A stretch of DNA of 64,000 nt. It comes from Macrostomum lignano. Lineage: Eukaryota. Under the pieces are notes generated by a model, which was given only the letters and a program-made list of their open reading frames with translations, made no database searches and was not told the origin of the DNA. Position numbers and translations under genes: made by a program. Below are positions 47,969 through 58,952 of this stretch, piece by piece. Position 1 is the stretch's first letter; the number at the start of each line of letters is the position of its first letter. The stretch spans positions 806,001-870,000 of the forward strand of contig NIVC01000087.1 in assembly GCA_002269645.1 (NCBI GenBank). The letters run 5' to 3'.

Positions 47969-48321
47969 CTGTGCAGGTGTTTGGATGACAGAGGTATCGA
48001 AATGAGGTTATTAGTCCTCCTGCTGACTGCCTAAAAAGCAAAGACTAACGAATCGCACTCTGGCGCAGAGGTGAAAAATAAGTCCTAATTTAATTAGGGA
48101 CCACCGACTGCTGGAATAGAAAAGTTTTTGGTAGTCCTTGATTCGATTTGTTATTGTCATTTGCTCCTGCACTAACTGTGAGGAGGTTATTTATCGTTTA
48201 CGAGCTAGATAAAGCTAAAGTTTCTTCCTATGACTATATCCTTGATGGTTTGTACGAAAACTAAGTGTATGACGAGGTATTTATCAATTAAATTAAAAGT
48301 ATAGTTACTCCCGCCGACTAC

Positions 48322-48579
48322 CTTGCAAGAGATTTCCTCCTGCGGCACGTCCGGCCTAAGCAGCCGACAGTCCAGCTTGGGCGGGCAATTCCTGACCGAG
48401 CTGAGCAGGTCAGCGCTGTCGTGAATATAGTAGCCAACCCGACAGTGCGCGTCCTTCTCGTCGGAGGCGTCGCTGGTGTACACGGCTACGGCGGAGCCGC
48501 CGGCCGGGCAAAGCGCCAGGACTAGCGCCGAGACTAGCGCTAGAGCTAGCGCCACCTCTGCAGGCTGTAGGAGACTCAT
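48322..48579 (-). CDS. Secreted Cys-rich protein A, exon 1 (signal peptide)
   Basis: MSLLQPAEVALALALVSALVLALCPAGGSA hydrophobic leader; ends ISCK at donor AAG|GTAGTC (phase 0); TATTTAAA ~65 bp upstream (48649-48642). The joined product is 159 aa. Confidence 0.72.
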
Positions 48580-49169
48580 TCTAAAGCAATCGGTTGGGGC
48601 GATCGGCTGGCGGCAGGTCTCGCGGTAGTGGGCCCAGTCAGTTTAAATAGACCAGTTGCTAGGCAGGCGGGACCGGAAGCTGGCTTCTCAAGAAAACTTC
48701 AAAATTCAATATTCTTCGAAACTTTTTATTAGAGGCCCCAATGAGATTTGCGCCTGGTGGATTCCATTTTTATCGCTTTGCAGATTTAAATAGAGCTTCT
48801 TCTTCTGAGAAGCAGGCCAAGCGTACCATGCTTATCTCTTAAGCGGCTTTTCTCTTAAGAGATTAAAAGATGGCTAAGACCTAAACGCGATCCGACTCTG
48901 CCAACGCCCACGCATTGTTTGATCTCAGGGCCCACCTGCCGTTGTAATTCCCCCGGGCCGCCTACTTATAGTTTCCTTATCTGAGTGAGCAGCTGGAGTT
49001 CTCGAATTCCGCCAATTTTCATTACTGACGTCATCAGCCCTAATTTTGCTATTGCTGTTGCTTTTCATTTCCTGGATTGCTTGATAGAAATTATTGTTTA
49101 TAGAAATTTAGTCTATTGAGTTGTTTTATTAAAGTTATGTTTTATCGGGTTTGGTTTGTCGAAGCTATC

Positions 49170-49645
49170 TCAAAATACCTTTAAAATTCACTCTCAAGTA
49201 CCTTTAAAATTGCACTTAAATATCTAAAATGGCACTCAACTACCTCAAAATAGCACTCAAATATCTCAAAGTGGCACTTAAATATCTCAAAAAGGCACTC
49301 AAATATCTCAAAGTGGCACTTAAATATCTCAAAAAGGCACTCAAATATCTCAAAGTGGCACTCAAATATCTCAAAGTGGCACTTAAATATCTCAAAAAGG
49401 CACTCAAATATCTCAAAGTGGCACCTAAATATCTCAAAAAGGCACTCAGATATCTCAAAGTGGCACTTAAATATCTCAAAAAGGCACTCAAATATCTCAA
49501 AGTGGCACTCAAATATCTTAAAATTGCACTCAAATATCTCAAAGTGGCACTTAAATATCTCAAAAAGGCACTCAAATATCTCAAAGTGGCACTCAAATAT
49601 CTTAAAATTGCACTCAAATATCTCAAAATGGCACTCAAATACCGG
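49170..49645. repeat. 21-bp minisatellite
   Basis: Unit AAATATCTCAAAGTGGCACTC. Confidence 0.95.
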
Positions 49646-50147
49646 TATTTCAAAATGCCATTCGACGTCAGAAAAGCGAATCGAATGAATGAGATACTCG
49701 TATGTATGACAGCATAAAGCTAGATTCCCAATGACTTGCTCTCTTCCAGCCACGTGATCTGACCAGCCACGTGTATAAAAAGGTCATTAAATACACGTAC
49801 AGAAAAGCAGTTATTATCATCAGTTATGAGGCAGTGATCTCAGGGATAATTAATATGAAATATTAGGCCATCTAGAATGATATCAGCGGCAGTGAGTGTG
49901 CGGGGGTGGCAGCTGCCAGTTATAAAAAATCTCCGAGCAAACGGAAGTTAATTGACTCTGATTTACGCTATAGTGCTCTGCACTCATGTAGAATCTGTCT
50001 GTCTATCTACTTTGCAAGAGTTATTTTTCTGAAAATGTCTGGATTGATATTCATAAAAAATAATAGATTCTATTCTATGAAATACAATTCAAATGCTTAG
50101 GTAAAACAGAAGCACCAACTTGAAGGCTAAGGAACTGAATTTGTACT

Positions 50148-51094
50148 TTAGTGCGTCCTCTATATCTCTACATCTGTTCTATTGGTCTTGATAAAACATT
50201 ACACATATATGGGCTTATAAATGTAGTGAATTCAGTGCTAAAGTTTCAGCTTAATCGGGCTGACAGAGCAAAAACAATCGATCATTTACTGAGGAACCTA
50301 CGAAATTAGCAATACGATTTTAAACTCAACAAAATGTAAAAGTTATCGAGCAAACAGTTTAGACTGGGAAGTTCCAGAACTTCATAAAACAGATCACCAA
50401 TCGTGAAAATCTTCAAAGTAATCGCCATTAAGTCGAATGCACTTGTCATATCGTAGCGGCTTGCAACTCCTCAATCCACGCCGATCACATGTCCCTAGGT
50501 GTCGCTCTGATCAGCCCCTCAGCAGCCGCAGCAGCTCGGGGAAGCTGACGAACTGCTGGTCTCATGAATATGCTCTTGAACTCGTCTACCAGAACTGAAA
50601 TTGCCGCCCTTTGTTGTAAGCAGACTTCGTATCGGCGATTCTTTTGCTCAAGATTGCGCTAGCCATTCTTGAACCCCCTGAAGTTGGTTCCGCGTCTCAG
50701 CATCTGTAGCTGACGTTGGTTCTGCACACTCTGTCTTATGCTGCTTACTGCTTTGTTATTTTTGCTCTTTAATCTATAAGGCTAAAACTTTCACACAGCT
50801 TGCAAGCAATGATTAATCAATCAATACTCAGCCAAAGCAGCGATGTGTTTTCGGATTCATTTTTCTAAAAATCAGCTGCGATTTCCCTACTGGGGTCCAG
50901 ATTCGATGCTCTTCAAAAATCGTATTGATAATTTTGTGGGTTCCTCAGTAGCTCGTAAGTGATCGATTGATTTTGCTTTGTTAACCCAATTAAGCCGAAA
51001 CGTTAGCACTAAATTCACTACATATAGGCCCATATATGTGTAATTTTTTATCAAAACTACTCAAAACAGATGCCCAGATATGAAGGGTGTCTAA
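50148..51094 (-). mobile_element. Mariner-derived non-autonomous element with ~170-bp imperfect inverted ends
   Basis: ~50152-50321 is an imperfect reverse complement of ~50897-51090. Internal minus-strand remnant RYDKCIRLNGDYFE (50411-50455) matches the mariner transposase C-terminal motif. Confidence 0.75.
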
Positions 51095-51610
51095 GAACTT
51101 TTTTTACGCAATAAGGTAGCTAAATTTGAAATTTTTTTTGAATACTGTATGATCTTTTGAAATTAAATAAAATCAGCAAAGCTGAAGTCCTTCGGTTAAG
51201 CATGCAGTGGCGAATCGATATCGTCGTGGGTTCATCATTTTATTTGCTTTTTTCTGTTTTAGAATCAATTCTAAGCCGCTAAAATCCTGTGTTCATTCGT
51301 TCTTTAAAATATCTCTTCTTTAACAGATTACAGAACAGATTTTTACTGAATTGTAAATTTGTAAGCCGTTGGGGCATCTCTTTGAAAAGTTTTTGCGCTT
51401 GCGTAACCATTTTGAAGGTCTCTGCTATTCTTATCTACCCCCGAAGGGCACCCACCCCACTCCTCCCCATTAGCTTCTGATTGGTTGCAGGTTTTTGTCC
51501 AATCAGGCGGTGTCTTTTTCGTAGCCTAAAACTAGTAGGTTTAATTAAACCGTTAAATGGGTCGAGAGTTTGTTAGAAACCCGGAGAGCATTTTCAGGCT
51601 GACTCAGAGT

Positions 51611-51817
51611 TCAGAGATCCACCAGGCGGCGGATGCAGGCCAGGTCGTGCGGCTGGCAGCAGCCGATCATCGTCCGAGCGCGGATCAGGGCGCCGTCCTC
51701 GGGCGAATAGCCGGGGCTCTGGCGCAGGCCGTGGCACTGCGCGGCCGTGACGCACTGGCTGCGGATGTACTGCACCACGCTGCCGTAGCCTGCCTGAATG
51801 ATCAGCTGCTTGGAGAT
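51611..51817 (-). CDS. Secreted Cys-rich protein B, exon 3 (terminal)
   Basis: Acceptor ttgccggactcag|ATC (phase 0); ISKQLIIQAGYGSVVQYIRSQCVTAAQCHGLRQSPGYSPEDGALIRARTMIGCCQPHDLACIRRLVDL*; GC-rich, coding-like codon usage. Confidence 0.78.
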   Translation of the reverse strand: MSKQLIIQAGYGSVVQYIRSQCVTAAQCHGLRQSPGYSPEDGALIRARTMIGCCQPHDLACIRRLVDL

Positions 51818-51871
51818 CTGAGTCCGGCAAATCGGGGTTGGAGCACAGGGCTTTTTAGTTTAGTTAAGTAG

Positions 51872-52500
51872 ACAGTCGACCAAGGACTATTCAAGTAGAA
51901 AGACGCGAAACTACGTTTCTACGGTTTCTTGGAAAACTTTAGAAGGCTGGTTTTACTGAAAAATACACTACGGAGATTGGAATTTTTCATTTTTCAGCAC
52001 AAAATTTGTAATAGCTTTTGATAGAAGGCAGACCCAATGTTCATATTTTGATATGACTTGCCTCTTATAGCTCTATTGATAGTCGTTATCAGAAAATCAT
52101 TAGAAAATCCTTCTTAGCTTAATGACTGTGTAACAAAACGTGCAACAGAATGATAAAATAGATTCATAAAGCCAATGAGTGGAGTTGCGCCATTTTGGAT
52201 GATTTTAAGGCACAGGTCATGTACGTTGGTTATAAAATTAACATAGAATTCTAATTTTCTAAATGAAAAGCTTTGTTAATATCAAGTGAGCTATAAAGAT
52301 GGCAAGTCATATCAAAAGATGAACATTGGGTCTGCCTCCTATGAAAAGCAATTAAAATTTTTGTACTGAAAAAATGAAGACTTTCTATCTCTGTTGTGTA
52401 TTTCTTCGGTAGTCTAAAACTGCCTACTAAAGTTTTCCAAGAAACGTAGTTTCCTATCTTCTTTTCTTGAGTAGTTCTTGCAGTCGACCCGCAGTCAGTG
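51872..52500. mobile_element. MITE-like hairpin (~230-bp imperfect inverted repeats, ~145-bp spacer) in intron 2 of protein B
   Basis: 51872-52110 matches the reverse complement of 52253-52500 (e.g. ggcagacccaatgttcat.ttttgatatgacttgcc). Confidence 0.75.
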
Positions 52501-52939
52501 GGGAGGCAATTGCAGGATGAGGCCATGATTCTAACAGGTCTTTAAACATGCTGTCGAAAATGAAAAATGAAAAAAAGTATGGGCTTTATAGTGATTTTTC
52601 CACACTCTTAGTACACGACAACACTAATATTCGAATAGATGTAACTAATAGACAGACGTATGACAGACACTCTAGACTAGTTATGACAGAACCAGACTGC
52701 GGATCAAATAACTAAGCTGCAAGATGAAGCACTCTGACAGAACCCGCCCAGCTGTTTTTCCTATAGCACAATTCCAAAGTTCAATATTCTGCAGTCTTTC
52801 ATTAACTTTTTCCTGCTAGGATTCACTGTCGCTTATATCAATGTCGAGCAGACATCGAGTGCATGTAGCCATGCATCACTGCGAGTTAGCTATAGACTGA
52901 TACGAATATTTTTGGCAAATTTGCAGACTTGTGACTCAC

Positions 52940-53076
52940 CTGACACCTAATGTCAGCCTCGGGCAGATGCTTCAGGTGCTTGCACTCGGCGAACATCGAC
53001 AGTCGTGGATGCGAGTCGTAATTATGATCGAAGATTTCCACACCCTGGGGACAGGAGATGATGGCAGCGCCGACAT
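52940..53076 (-). CDS. Secreted Cys-rich protein B, exon 2
   Basis: Acceptor caactcccgcag|AT (phase 1), donor TCAG|GTGAGT (phase 0); DVGAAIISCPQGVEIFDHNYDSHPRLSMFAECKHLKHLPEADIRCQ. Confidence 0.8.
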
Positions 53077-53129
53077 CTGCGGGAGTTGGGTCATTCAGGG
53101 TGATCGGATCACTTGATCGGGACGGCCCA

Positions 53130-53720
53130 AACTCTCAGTGATTAGACCTTCGTTCACCTGTCAAAACTCTCCGTGATTAGACCTCCGTTCAACTGTCAGA
53201 GCTCTCCGTGATTAGACCTCCGTTCACCTGTCCAAACTCTCAATGATTAGACCTCCGTTCACCTGTCAAAACTCTCCGTGATTAGACCTCCGTTCACCTG
53301 TCCAAACTCTCAATGATTAGACCTCCGTTCACCTGTCCAAACTCTCCGTGATTAGACCTCCGTTCACCTGTCCAAACTCTCCGTGATTAGACCTCCGTTC
53401 AACTGCCCAAACTCTCCGTGATTAGACCTCCGTTCACCTGTCCAAACTCTCCGTGATTAGACCTCCGTTCACCTGTCCAAACTCTCCGTGATTAGACCTC
53501 CGTTCAACTGTCCAAACTCTCAGTGATTAGACCTCCGTTCAACTGTCCAAACTCTCAGTGATTAAACCTCCGTTCACCTGTCCAAACTCTCAGTGATTAA
53601 ACCTCCGTTCACCTGTCCAAACTCTCAGTGATTAGACCTCCGTTCAACTGTCCAAACTCTCAGTGATTAGACCTCCGTTCAACTGTCCAAACTCTCAGTG
53701 ATTAAACCTCCGTTCAACTG
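53130..53720. repeat. 35-bp minisatellite in intron 1 of protein B
   Basis: Unit CTCCGTGATTAGACCTCCGTTCACCTGTCCAAACT. Confidence 0.95.
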
Positions 53721-53780
53721 CCCCCCATCAAAATCCCAGCGACCATTGACGATACAACAAGTCTCTTAACGTGTACTCAC

Positions 53781-53847
53781 CTGAGCACACGGCCAAGCAG
53801 ACAGCAAACAGTAGAGTGGAGACAGTGTTAGCAATCTTCAGTGCCAT
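53781..53847 (-). CDS. Secreted Cys-rich protein B, exon 1 (signal peptide)
   Basis: aaaATGG start; MALKIANTVSTLLFAVCLAVCS; donor TCAG|GTGAGT (phase 1); TATAAAAG at 53990-53983. The three exons total 411 nt (136 aa + stop). Confidence 0.8.
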
Positions 53848-54249
53848 TTTAAACGGTGGCCCACAAGAATCAGGTAGGATAAGCTTATTGTCTAGCAAGA
53901 ATATTCAATGACGCTTTGAAGGACTGCACCGAATGCAGGGAAATTACAAAGTAGAAAAATATCAGACGCCAAAAAGCTTTTGCTTTTATACGCACCAGGG
54001 GAGATGGCAAGCAAAGACACAGCTGGGGGGAGGGGGGGCGTATCAATAATGCGAAAGATGCAGAAATTAGCATCTAATAGTCATTCGGCCTCCGAACCAA
54101 TTGTAGAAGAGAGCGCTGATCCACATGTATTTGGACTGTTTATAATGCATGTCGCGTCATGTCTGTCGGCTCCATTGTTTTTCGGCTTTTGGTGAGCCTC
54201 TGAATGCTGTGAATACTGTGAATGATTCATGTGACGTGATGGTAGACCA

Positions 54250-54915
54250 AGACGTGCTGCTGCAGATGATGGTTCAGATTTACTGTAGGACCATGTGATG
54301 CTGCTGCAGATTATGATTCAGATTTACTGTAGGACCATGTGATGCTGCTGCAGATTATGATTCAGATTTACTGTAGGACCATGTGATGCTGCTGCAGATG
54401 ATGATTCAGATTTACTGTAGGACCATGTGATGCTGCTGCAGATGATGATTCAGATTTACTGTAGGACCATGTGATGCTGCTGCAGATGATGGTTCAGATT
54501 TACTGTAGGACCATGTGATGCTGCTGCAGATGATGGTTCAGATTTACTGTAGGACCATGTGATGCTGCTGCAGATTATGATTCAGATTTACTGTAGGACC
54601 ATGTGATGCTGCTGCAGATGATGGTTCAGATTTACTGTAGGACCATGTGATGCTGCTGCAGATGATGGTTCAGATTTACTGTAGGACCATGTGATGCTGC
54701 TGCAGATGATGGTTCAGATTTACTGTAGGACCATGTGATGCTGCTGCAGATGATGGTTCAGATTTACTGTAGGACCATGTGATGCTGCTGCAGATGATGA
54801 TTCAGATTTACTGTAGGACCATGTGATGCTGCTGCAGATGATGATTCAGATTTACTGTAGGACCATGTGATGCTGCTGCAGATGATGATTCAGATTTACT
54901 GTAGGACCATGTGAT
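54250..54915. repeat. 44-bp minisatellite
   Basis: Unit GATGCTGCTGCAGATGATGGTTCAGATTTACTGTAGGACCATGT. Confidence 0.96.
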
Positions 54916-55736
54916 GTCGGTGTGGCTTGTTTTCAACAATCAAACTTGCATGCACCTTTGATACACGTGATTCTCGGGTTCCCAAATTGAATGCAATGAT
55001 TTCCCCAGGGAGAACTGCTCGCCTTAGCTTAAAAAGAAATTCATCTTTGATTGTCCCATATTGGATAGTTGATTAGCGTGTCAGCTTTCTGGCTTCAACA
55101 ATGAGACAATCAGTGCTTGCAATTGTTTAGACAAGACAGCTTTTGCATCTTTTTTCTTGAACCTTCAAAACTAATTTGTCTGGGACAGAAGTATCAACAT
55201 AACCGATGAAACCTCTAATTTTTAAGTGGATCGAAGCTGTAACACCTATGCAGAGTTTGAGTTTTTTGGACACGATTCTTCATGGGAAAATTAAATCAAA
55301 CGATCGGATGACGGATCATTCGGACGCGCAGCTGAAAGAATAAACCTACGCACTAGAATTCAAGGCGAGAGGTCTGCTGGTCAACATGTACCTGCATTCA
55401 TGTAGGGTTCAAGCTAAATTCTAATATTTCGTTTTCTCACTTTCGTACCAGTTCAGTAGTAAGTACGACTCGTAAATCTCCCCCGTCGGGACAACGCTCT
55501 GTAACCCATGCTAAACACACACTATTGAGAGCAGTAGCATGCAGAGCAAATTTGTCTCGTTGCCCGATCTGGAAGTGGAGACAACAGGCGAGCACGATAG
55601 AGGTACGTGGCTGGAGACAGCACAACTGCCTCCCGAAGCCAGAACTACTGCAGCTAGAGAACTACTCTCAGATCAGAGTACCCCGCGTCCCGCGTACGCT
55701 CGTAGCCATGGTTCTCCATGGCCCAGCGCCCTACTA

Positions 55737-56102
55737 CAGGGGTCGGCAAACTTCTTTTTACCTCAAGGGCCAGATAGAGAACCTTGAGCATGACTGCGGG
55801 CCCGATGAGGGGGGAGAGAGGAGAGGGAATGGAGAAGAAAGAAGGAAGATAGGAGAAAGGAGTGGCGAGAAAATAAAGGAGAAGCGATGAGACAAGATGG
55901 AACGAGTGATGAATAGGAGAGGAGAAGATCGGAGAAAAAAGAGGAGAATAGAGGAGAGGGGGAGAGAGGAAGAGAGATTAGAGAGTAGAGCGCTGAGAAG
56001 AGATATAGACGTTGAGCAGGCCGGATTGCTGTTGTGAAGTTTCAAAGGACCCGCGTAGGCCGGATAGAGAGGCTTTGCCGGTGGGGAGTTTGCCTGCCCC
56101 TG
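55737..56102. mobile_element. hAT-type MITE (366 bp) with perfect 8-bp TSD
   Basis: Ends CAGGGGTCGGCAAACT / AGTTTGCCTGCCCCTG; TSD CCCTACTA at 55729-55736 and 56103-56110; GA-rich core. Confidence 0.9.
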
Positions 56103-56384
56103 CCCTACTATACAAGTATAAGATAGGTTGCAGGCGATCCGAGCAAAAAAAGGACGGGAATGAAAGAAAGAGAAACGACAGCTTCTTGACCGCGCAAAGG
56201 CCAGCGGCTTGATCAGCCTCACAGTCTGCTGGCACAGTCTATGCCACAGTGGTTTACCGGTCATTAGACTTACTACATGTACGTGTCGTACTGTGCGTTG
56301 TATAAAAAAGGTCATTAATTAGAGTGATAAGAACTCTAAAAATCGGACAGATATAAGAGTTAGCTATCAGTCAGTTGTCTCCTG

Positions 56385-56570
56385 CACAGTTAGCTGTCGC
56401 TGCAGGCAGTTGTCACTGCAGGCAGTTGTCACTGCAGGCAGTTGTCACTGCAGGCAGTTGTCACTGCAGGCAGTTGTCACTGCAGGCAGTTGTGGCGCAG
56501 GAAGTTTTGCAGGCAGTTGTGGCGCAGGCAGTGGTCATGCAGGCAGTTGTCGTGCAGGCAGTTGTGCGCA
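56385..56570. repeat. 16-bp minisatellite
   Basis: Unit GCAGGCAGTTGTCACT. Confidence 0.9.
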
Positions 56571-56720
56571 ATTGTCGTGCTACCAGATAAACCCTCGCCC
56601 GGATGTCGCACGGACTTGATGCTAAAAATAGGAAAAATTGAGAAAAAGGAAGAGATGGAAAAAGAATGAAGGGTTGTAAAAAGCTTGGAAAATTGCGGAA
56701 AGGAAAAAAATCTAGTGGCG

Positions 56721-56750
56721 TTAGGGTTAGGGTTAGGGTTAGGGTTAGGG
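56721..56750 (+). repeat. Interstitial (TTAGGG)5
   Basis: Five perfect units; a degenerate similar run occurs at ~61312-61342. Confidence 0.9.
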
Positions 56751-58170
56751 TGGCGAATGGCGTTTCCGTGTATCACTTTTGGATAGTGAGTGCAGAAGAA
56801 AATTTAGGGACGATGGACGATGCTAGGACCTTAATCGTCTGAGTAAAGAAATTGATAGTACTATTTCTCGAGAAATCTTCATACGAGAAGCTATTTAAAA
56901 ATTTCCGAAATCTAACCCGCAGTGATGAACTAATTACACAAGGGCCAACTTTTGCAGTTTTTATCATCACTAATCTTGGGTTAAACATCGCTGGTTAACT
57001 GATTCCTTTAGAAAAATATTATTTTCACTTTTAGTATTCCAACTTTTGAGAACGACCCAGTCGACGAAATAAGAGCGTATTTTTACAACAAAACTTTACA
57101 CGGGACAAAGAGGTCATGCCTCTTGACTCTAAAAAGTTAAGGTGGCGTACTTTTTGTTATATATTATGTCTTTGTCAATATACACAAATTTGAAAACAAT
57201 GTGCTTATGTATTTAATTTTCGCTAGCTAGAAACTTGTTCCTATTTTTGGAAGCAGGTTTTTTGAGATATGCAATGCAAGTTCAGTGTCGTGACATAAAA
57301 GTATTTTAGTTTTTTTGTATTGTCATTTTAGTTAACAGTGAATTTTCCGTTCAAATAACAGTGATTAGCCTTGTCCTTAAAATTAAATACAAATAACAAT
57401 GACTATCAAGTGATAAACCTAACTCTAGGCCTAGTAATTATCGTCTGTCCATACAAAATGTATAATCTCTATCTAGCCTCTGCCCTCTGGGACCATAAAT
57501 TTAATATACGTATGATATAATGTAGGTTAGAGTTTGAGTCCTTAAGACTGTGCATATTGTATGTTTTATATATAATAGGCCTGTATTATCTAGTCTAATT
57601 ATATCTAAATTTTCATGTTTAAACACTAAGCCCAGGGGTCTAGCTCAAAAGAAAAATGTTAGGGGCCTAGACTACTCTTGGTCTATATTTGAACTATCCC
57701 CTAGCCTTATTTTTGGAATAAATTAATATAAATCTTTAAAAGGCATTCTATCTACTTACTAATTTTTCACTTTTTTGTTATTTTTAAATAGTGAAATATT
57801 AAGATTTTTTGTAATATTGTAAGTTGGCACATAGAACATTTTGGAAAATTTGATTTTTAATGCTATATAATTATTATATGGCAATTTTTATTATGGTATT
57901 GGTAGGGCCTAATGGTTCTTAGCTATAGCATTAATTGATTAAATAAACTAGTTAATGAAGACAAAGTCTTTTCGCCCCAGTGAGCTTTGGGGTTGGAATT
58001 TTATAATACCTAGTGTTGTATCGATTATTTAAAGACTTTCTTTCAAGGCATTATTAACGCTGATGCTCCTAATATTTTGCGTCGTGTCATACATAAAGTT
58101 AGCCTAATAGATAAAGTAGGGCGAGAGTTGTAAAATGTCTCTAACGTCAAATGATTTATAGGAAGGGAAT

Positions 58171-58952
58171 TAGGGATGTCGATTCCCCAGGGAATTATCT
58201 TATCGGGGACCCCGGTGAAAAGAAAAAATAAGTAAAAACGGCGGATCACTTAAATTGTAAGTGGAATTTTTTAAACTTTGATTTAAGCTTTGTACTACAT
58301 GTTCAAGGCGCAGGGGTAAAAATTTTAAACAATGTTTTTTTAAACTGTATTTGACAATGTGGCATCACGAAATCGTGCGCGCACCTTTATCGGAAAAGTG
58401 CATTTGTTGGAATGCATGCTAAACAGCTACGCTCGTGAGAGGATAATTAATGAATGAGACTGTTTTTTAATCGGAATTTTATTTCTTGCATATATATGTA
58501 AATCACCATTTTGTCCTTGTCTAATAGGGAGTATATGTATGACACCCCCCTATGCGTCAGTGCCTGACGCATGACGCAGCGCTGCGCCTGCGTCAAGCCG
58601 TCAACGCAGACCAGCACAGCAGTCACTAGTCAGTAAGGCTTCTTTTTCCTGACGGGTTTCTTTTCTACGTGCAATTTGCTTGATTGAATGACTTATTAGT
58701 GAAAAAACAATCAAACGTGTGTTGTGTTTCAAATTATACATGTAATGCATTGAAATAAGCAATTATGCGGTAAAAGAGCATAGACAGAGTTTCAATCAGC
58801 TTTCTGTGAATCAGTTTCTTATTTTAATGGCAAAAATTAAGTTACAAATGCATTTTTTCATATTTTTTCTCCCCAGGGTCCCCGGTTAAATTCCCCAGAG
58901 AGTATTCCCCGACAAGCTCCCCGGGGAGCACTCCCGGGGTCAACATCCCTAG
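58171..58952. mobile_element. hAT-like non-autonomous element (~780 bp)
   Basis: Ends TAGGGATGTCGATTCCCC / GGGGTCAACATCCCTA with subterminal ggggaccc/gggtcccc. Flanked by GAAGGGAA on both sides (one extra T on the left). Confidence 0.75.

Noticed and set aside
47590-48321. VVGGSNY resembling the cystatin QxVxG/VVAGxNY motif
   Set aside because: No preceding Gln, no downstream PW or other cystatin features, and the frames stop early. Treated as intronic/3' repeated sequence.
56721-56750. TTAGGG run as a telomere or fusion site
   Set aside because: Only five units, embedded in unique or repeat-like DNA; most likely part of a dispersed element.
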